In this document: piece by piece, positions 60,401 to 64,000 of the stretch
How positions within the stretch are numbered: position 1 is the first letter of the stretch
Layout of the letters: every line of letters begins with the position of its first letter
DNA from: Eutreptiella sp. 'Long Island Sound 2002'
Taxonomy: Eukaryota > Protista > Euglenida
NCBI GenBank assembly: GCA_964036045.1
Contig: OZ038378.1
Coordinates: forward strand, 193,254,001-193,318,000
Length of the DNA: 64,000 nucleotides
Direction: 5' to 3'
Translations under genes and position numbers: made by a program
Notes under the pieces: model-generated
What the model was told of the DNA's origin: nothing
The model's input: only the letters and a program-made list of their open reading frames with translations
Databases searched by the model: none

Positions 60401-62133
60401 TGGCGTCAACCCTTGCAGTATTGTGTGAGCGGGTTACTGGAAACGCACGGGTTCCTTGGGGAACATAGAGCCGCTTCGGTCTTCATCTCGCCGCTGTTTC
60501 TGGCTTTGTGATGTGGCTGTGTCCGTTTGTGCCTCTTTGATACCATGTTGCACTTTGTTGTTTGGTTGGTAGGGCCAAACATGTCTTGTCTTGCAAACAT
60601 GTCTTATCTTGCGTGCGTTCCCCCCAATGTTCCTTTCCCCCTGTTTCCCAAAACAACCCAGACCCGCAGGTTCAATAGTCCCAAAGAAATGAAACACATC
60701 AACAAGGGGAGCGACGCGGGAGGACAGGGGGGAAGGGGGAGCCCAACAATCGGAGCAAAGGAGCGAATTAAGAGCCGAAGAACCTGATGATAGATCTAGA
60801 TCTCTTGGAAGACCAAGGATGCGTGGTTCAGGGGCAGACGTCCATGTCTCCAAGTGAACCAACATGTGAGCACGACACAGCACATACAGAGCACAACGTA
60901 GAGAGCCACAACGTCAGAGCCCGTGATCCTGGTGGCTAGACACTCCCGATGTCAGGGGGGTGCGTCCAGCAGGGGAGGACATCCCTACTTGGAGATACCT
61001 AATGCTTGCATTATACTGGCAAAGGGTATTGCAAGGAGAGTGTCACAAACCCATTGTCCAGTCCAACACAATCGGCATCATCAGTTCGGAAGGAGGGCCA
61101 TAAGGATGATTCTAGGCTGCTTTCGACAGGACTTGAGTGTACGGCTCTTGCTTACCACCACCTGTCAGGCTCGTCTGGTGGACGTTAGTAGGCCCCTGCT
61201 TCCATTCCTTTTTTGCCACAACAGACCCGGAGTACCTACAGCAAGGTGGAGCTCGCTGGGTCCAGATAGCTTGAGGGTATTTCGCACAGTGCTAGCCAAG
61301 CGGCTATCAAGGGCCGTGTTGCAGGCCCTCCTCCTCCTCCTCATCCTCATACCCCCAGTGGTGCTTCGCAATGCCAGACCCCCCCCCCTGAACCCTCCAA
61401 ACTTCACTGTCTTGGGAACTTTGTGTGCATTGCCGGCGCCGGCGTGGGAGGGACGCAGGGGGCAGAAGCCCTTGTGAGCACAGAGCACAGGGCACAGAAC
61501 ACAGGGCACAGGGCACAGAACACGTTTCCACAGTGGCCGGGAACAACAAATGTAGACCATTTAATCGTGACAGCCCGCAACAACGTGTGCACCTGGAATC
61601 GCCAACCGGCACACGCACTGAACCTCGATCGCAAACCTCCCGCTTCCCAAGGAAGGTCCAACAGAATAATTCTTGGGGGGGGGGCAAAGAGTAGTATATG
61701 GGTGACAAAAGGTGGGCTATTTTGGGGGCACTGAAAACACTGAGCGGTGCCGCTCACAACCGAGTACGCCCCGAAGGCCGTGTGAAAGCGGATGCGGCTG
61801 GAGCACAGTGGCGGGCCCGGACCTCACCTCCGGAGGCCAAAGGGGGGGGGGGGGTAATCCACGTCACCGAGCAACAGCCTGACCCTCAGAACGTCGCACC
61901 ACGTGCCTGTGTCGTTGTTCGCTGTGCCTGCCATGCGACGGGACCCGTGCGTTGGCGCTGCAGATGGACGGCGCGCTGGTGCTGGGCGAGTCCCTGATGC
62001 AGAAGTCGAACTGCACCGCCAGCCGGACCTGCACGATGGTCCTGGTCGCCACGAGCACCGACATCACGAAGCTCATGCGCATGCGCCTGTCGGACGTGGG
62101 GTGGCAGGTGTACACGCAGGACATGTTCGACAC
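54430..62133 (+). CDS. GT8 (glycogenin/galactinol-synthase-like) glycosyltransferase, 5' portion; type II membrane topology; continues beyond the window
   Basis: Best supported: exons 58312-58434 and 61964-62133 (AG/GT, phase 0), giving VFSTIVHTTYE-MDGALVLGESL...MVLVATSTDITKLMRMRLSDVGWQV, which aligns with the GT8 pattern FVTL.T.D.Y..GALVLG.SL...LV......R..L...GW.V. An alternative donor lies at 62108. Tentative upstream exons 54430-54538 (signal anchor VLLWVVATMLLFAAWLY) and 56167-56210 are phase-compatible. The DxD motif exon is not in the window. Confidence 0.65.
54745..55900. repeat. Intronic repeat with three imperfect ~150-165-bp internal units
   Basis: AAAAACACATTTT...CCCATTTTCAAGGCATTTTG...GGCCAAAATGG...GGGCTCA recurs at ~55010, ~55172 and ~55322. 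Confidence 0.85.
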
Positions 62134-62255
62134 GTGCGGGAGTGACGCGAGGTCTGCACTGCTCCCGCAAGGGGGCGCACCCGGGGGCCAGGGTGGTCTT
62201 CGAGGCTTCAACCCAATGATGGCCCTGAAGCAGCGCCCGAGCCACAGGGCAACCT

Positions 62256-62642
62256 GAAAATTGCTCTGCGGGGGGGGGGGGGGGGATGGACGCCCGCTGA
62301 AGGAGGGGGGGGTTGGAGAAATGGGGTTCCGTATCGGGCCCTTTGTTTTGTGTAAGAACGGATGTTGGCGCCAAAGGCACAGGAACACAAAATTTGGCCC
62401 GAAAAAGTTTTTTCCACCAATAATTCCCCTCCCCCCCCCACATTTGAGTAGTCAAAATGATCAGCGCGACGTGGGTATCATTTTGAGCCATAGATGTTGG
62501 GTTGCCCCCCCCCCCCCCCCGGCACGGCAGGTAGGGCAGCCCCCGCCCTGAACCCCCCCCTCCCGTCACGGCGGCCAAGGAGGGAGGGGGGGGGTTGGGA
62601 AAATGGGCTTCCGTGCCCCCCCCCCCCCGCAGAGCAATTTTC
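62256..62642. mobile_element. ~390-bp MITE with poly-G/poly-C TIRs (copy 2)
   Basis: GAAAATTGCTCTGCG(G)n ... (C)nGCAGAGCAATTTTC, a perfect inverted pair. Body homologous to 32345-32733. Confidence 0.8.
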
Positions 62643-63814
62643 TTCCCGCCCAGGGTGCAGGCACGCGGGGGGTGACCCCTCGGGTCTGCCCCCCCAAAAC
62701 AAACTGTTGGCCGGTAGCCCCCTTGGGGGGGTTTGACACGAGGCCATGATTTTGGTTTGTTTGCCTTTGGCGGCGCCTATTGGCCTCTCGCCAAGGAGGG
62801 GGGGGGGGATCCGGAGGAGCGGGTAGGGGCGGGTCAAACTTTTTGGGTTGTTCTCCTTTCGGTGGCATGTGTCACGTCCCCATTTCCTTTTCCATCTCCA
62901 TTCCGTTCCTTTCGACAGCACACGAGTGCGGGGGAACAAACGGTTGACCACTCACCACGAGAAGAAACAAAAAAAACCTGGAAACTCTCGCGCACGCATT
63001 CAGTGCGCCTTGCGCAGCACCCGATGGGCCGTCATGCGGTTGTCGGCCCCAGGGCGTCGGCGACCCAAGCGCCGCTCCCCATGGGCGTGGATTTAGGGGC
63101 CTGAAGGCAACAGCCCGTCTCTCGGACACGGTGCTGTTCACGCGGTTTGCTTCCGCCATCAGCCCAGAAGTAGCTCGTTGATGCATGAGGCCGAGGCCGA
63201 GCGCGGCAGCTCTGCTGGCGGAGGGCTCAGGGAACGGGGGGCGTTTCAGTGTAGTTCTGGACTCGAGCACCCGCGGTGTGCTGGATGGCCAGGGGACGAC
63301 CCTTGACACAGGCCTGGGCCCACTTCTTTGGCCCACGAATGCAAACTCAGCAAGTGCAAACGCCAACAAGGGGCCCGCCTGGTTCCAGACGGCCAGACGC
63401 GCCAGAAGACGCCAAGCGGTCCCCCTGAACCCCCCCCAAAGTTTCAAGCGAGGTCCGACATGTGGACAGTTGAACCACATTTGCTCCCAGTGTTGTGATG
63501 GAATGGGAAATCACCTCGAAGAGAGGTTGTTAGATCAAGCGCAGGCGCGGGCGTCATATACCCCCCTTTTTTGGGGTCATTCGCGTAGCATACCCCAAGG
63601 CATGATATTGGATGACCAACCCCTTGTAAAATCATTATTTTGCCCAATAAGAGCATCCCCCAATGGATTTTTTGATTTTGAGGCCTCTACCCCCTAAAAC
63701 TGGATATCACTTTTTTGAGGGGGGGGTGGGTGGGGGTGGGTGGGGGGGGGTGGGGGGGGGGGTCAAAAGTTTTTGCTTAATAGGCTACCAGCAGTGGGGA
63801 CGCACGGTGCTGAT

Positions 63815-63992
63815 AGCACGGCCAGCGGTCCAATGGTAACGCAGCCGATACCAGATGTGCGGGCGTCGGTTCGAATCCTGATCCACTGACTTTTAGCGCC
63901 GCCGGCGGCGGCGGCGCCAAAGTGGGCAGATTGGGCTTCGAACCGCCAACCACGGGGATGCCGGTCAGCTGCATTACCATTCGGCCACTACT
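63815..63992. other. Two convergent, inverted tRNA-like heads joined by a GC palindrome
   Basis: + strand: CAGCGGTCCAATGGTAACGCAGCCGA...GGTTCGAATCC...ACTTTT. - strand: TAGTGGCCGAATGGTAATGCAGCTGA...GGTTCGAAGCC...ACTTT. Centre: GCGCCGCCGGCGGCGGCGGCGCC. Confidence 0.7.
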
Positions 63993-64000
63993 TGCATTGC

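Noticed and set aside
62872-63480. 202-aa minus-strand ORF
   Set aside because: GC-rich, no motif, flanked by repeats and antisense within a presumed GT8 intron.
1-64000. Euglenid spliced-leader RNA / 5S rRNA unit and non-conventional introns
   Set aside because: I found no match to the SL exon or 5S by eye, and every junction I could reconstruct is GT-AG.

Overview
Eukaryotic, repeat-rich and gene-poor nuclear DNA, most likely from a photosynthetic euglenid (Eutreptiella/Euglena-like). That assignment is inferred from a class-I tripartite plastid-targeting presequence. Three intron-split host genes could be reconstructed by hand, all with frame-consistent GT-AG introns: (1) a 6-exon plastid-targeted metallo-beta-lactamase-fold hydrolase of the lactonase/YtnP/MPH type (9913-20681, +); (2) a 4-exon fumarylacetoacetate-hydrolase-family protein with a probable mitochondrial presequence (34741-42771, +); (3) the 5' part of a GT8/glycogenin-like glycosyltransferase (54430-62133, +, continuing beyond the window). 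The window also holds an intronless, compositionally different ORF for a Cys-less pentameric ligand-gated ion channel (26843-27841). This ORF lacks its N-terminus and abuts a 2.5-kb satellite with a higher-order repeat. The remainder is decayed RNase H-bearing non-LTR retrotransposons, several tRNA-derived SINE-like families, poly-C/poly-G TIR MITEs, a Helentron/HINE-like element and microsatellites. Best leads: the ion channel and its satellite junction; a possible repeat-directed CAG>TAG (CTAG-generating) hypermutation signature; the plastid lactonase-like enzyme; and a convergent inverted pair of tRNA-like heads. No intact tRNA, rRNA, spliced-leader RNA or CRISPR array was recognised. Most short ORFs in the supplied track are spurious. 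All counts and alignments were made by eye, with no database searches.
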